A stretch of DNA of 63,727 nt, filler included, from Reticulomyxa filosa (taxonomy: Eukaryota; Protista; Foraminifera): assembly GCA_000512085.1 (NCBI GenBank). It is 13 parts of 13 records of this genome, joined end to end, with 100 filler letters (N's around TTAATTAATTAA, not from the genome) between each part and the next. Parts side by side here need not be neighbours in the genome. Positions count along the whole stretch, not along the records: positions 61,071 to 63,727 come from ASPP01020529.1; 12 more parts are not named here. One strand, 5' to 3'. Shown here piece after piece: positions 63,705-63,727 of this stretch (position 1 is its first letter; every line of letters begins with the position of its first letter). The position numbers and the translations under genes were made by a program. Under the pieces are notes generated by a model. That model did no database searches. It had not been told where the DNA came from and worked only from the letters and a program-made list of their open reading frames with translations.

Positions 63705-63727
63705 ATAACTTTTTTTTTGTTGGATGA

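Noticed and set aside
1-63727. tRNA, rRNA, snRNA genes, telomeric repeats, CRISPR arrays
   Set aside because: None recognised by eye; a covariance-model search would be needed to exclude divergent RNAs.

Overview
AT-rich, intron-dense eukaryotic (protist) genomic DNA. It is not one locus: 13 unrelated contigs are joined by 12 identical 100-nt artificial spacers (N44-TTAATTAATTAA-N44), so adjacency across spacers carries no biological meaning. The gene content (WD40 family with an 'EEEI..IV.YWIR...LGWI.EFD..VVNY' N-terminus, GLKD-type HEAT repeats, homopolymer/microsatellite-filled introns) suggests to me a foraminiferan such as Reticulomyxa filosa; this is inference, not checked. Contig 1 (1-30727) holds an Unkempt-like CCCH/RING gene, a Sec23/24-type zinc finger + vWA (cpRas1-like) gene, a signal-peptide ankyrin protein ending in HDEL, an N-acylated HAD-like protein, a mucin-like type I membrane protein, CFAP44, a RasGEF and an intronless SecA-like helicase fused to a vWA domain. 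Smaller contigs carry a WW-domain exon, an SLC25 carrier, tandem WD40 genes, an O-methyltransferase, an FtsX/MacB-type permease, GUF1/LepA, an SDR, a HEAT-ankyrin protein, a CD36 protein, one clearly bacterial contig (SLBB polysaccharide export protein) and a long-inverted-repeat element enclosing a reverse-transcriptase remnant. The best novelty candidate is the SecA-motor/vWA fusion. All family calls come from motif recognition by eye, and multi-exon coordinates are approximate.
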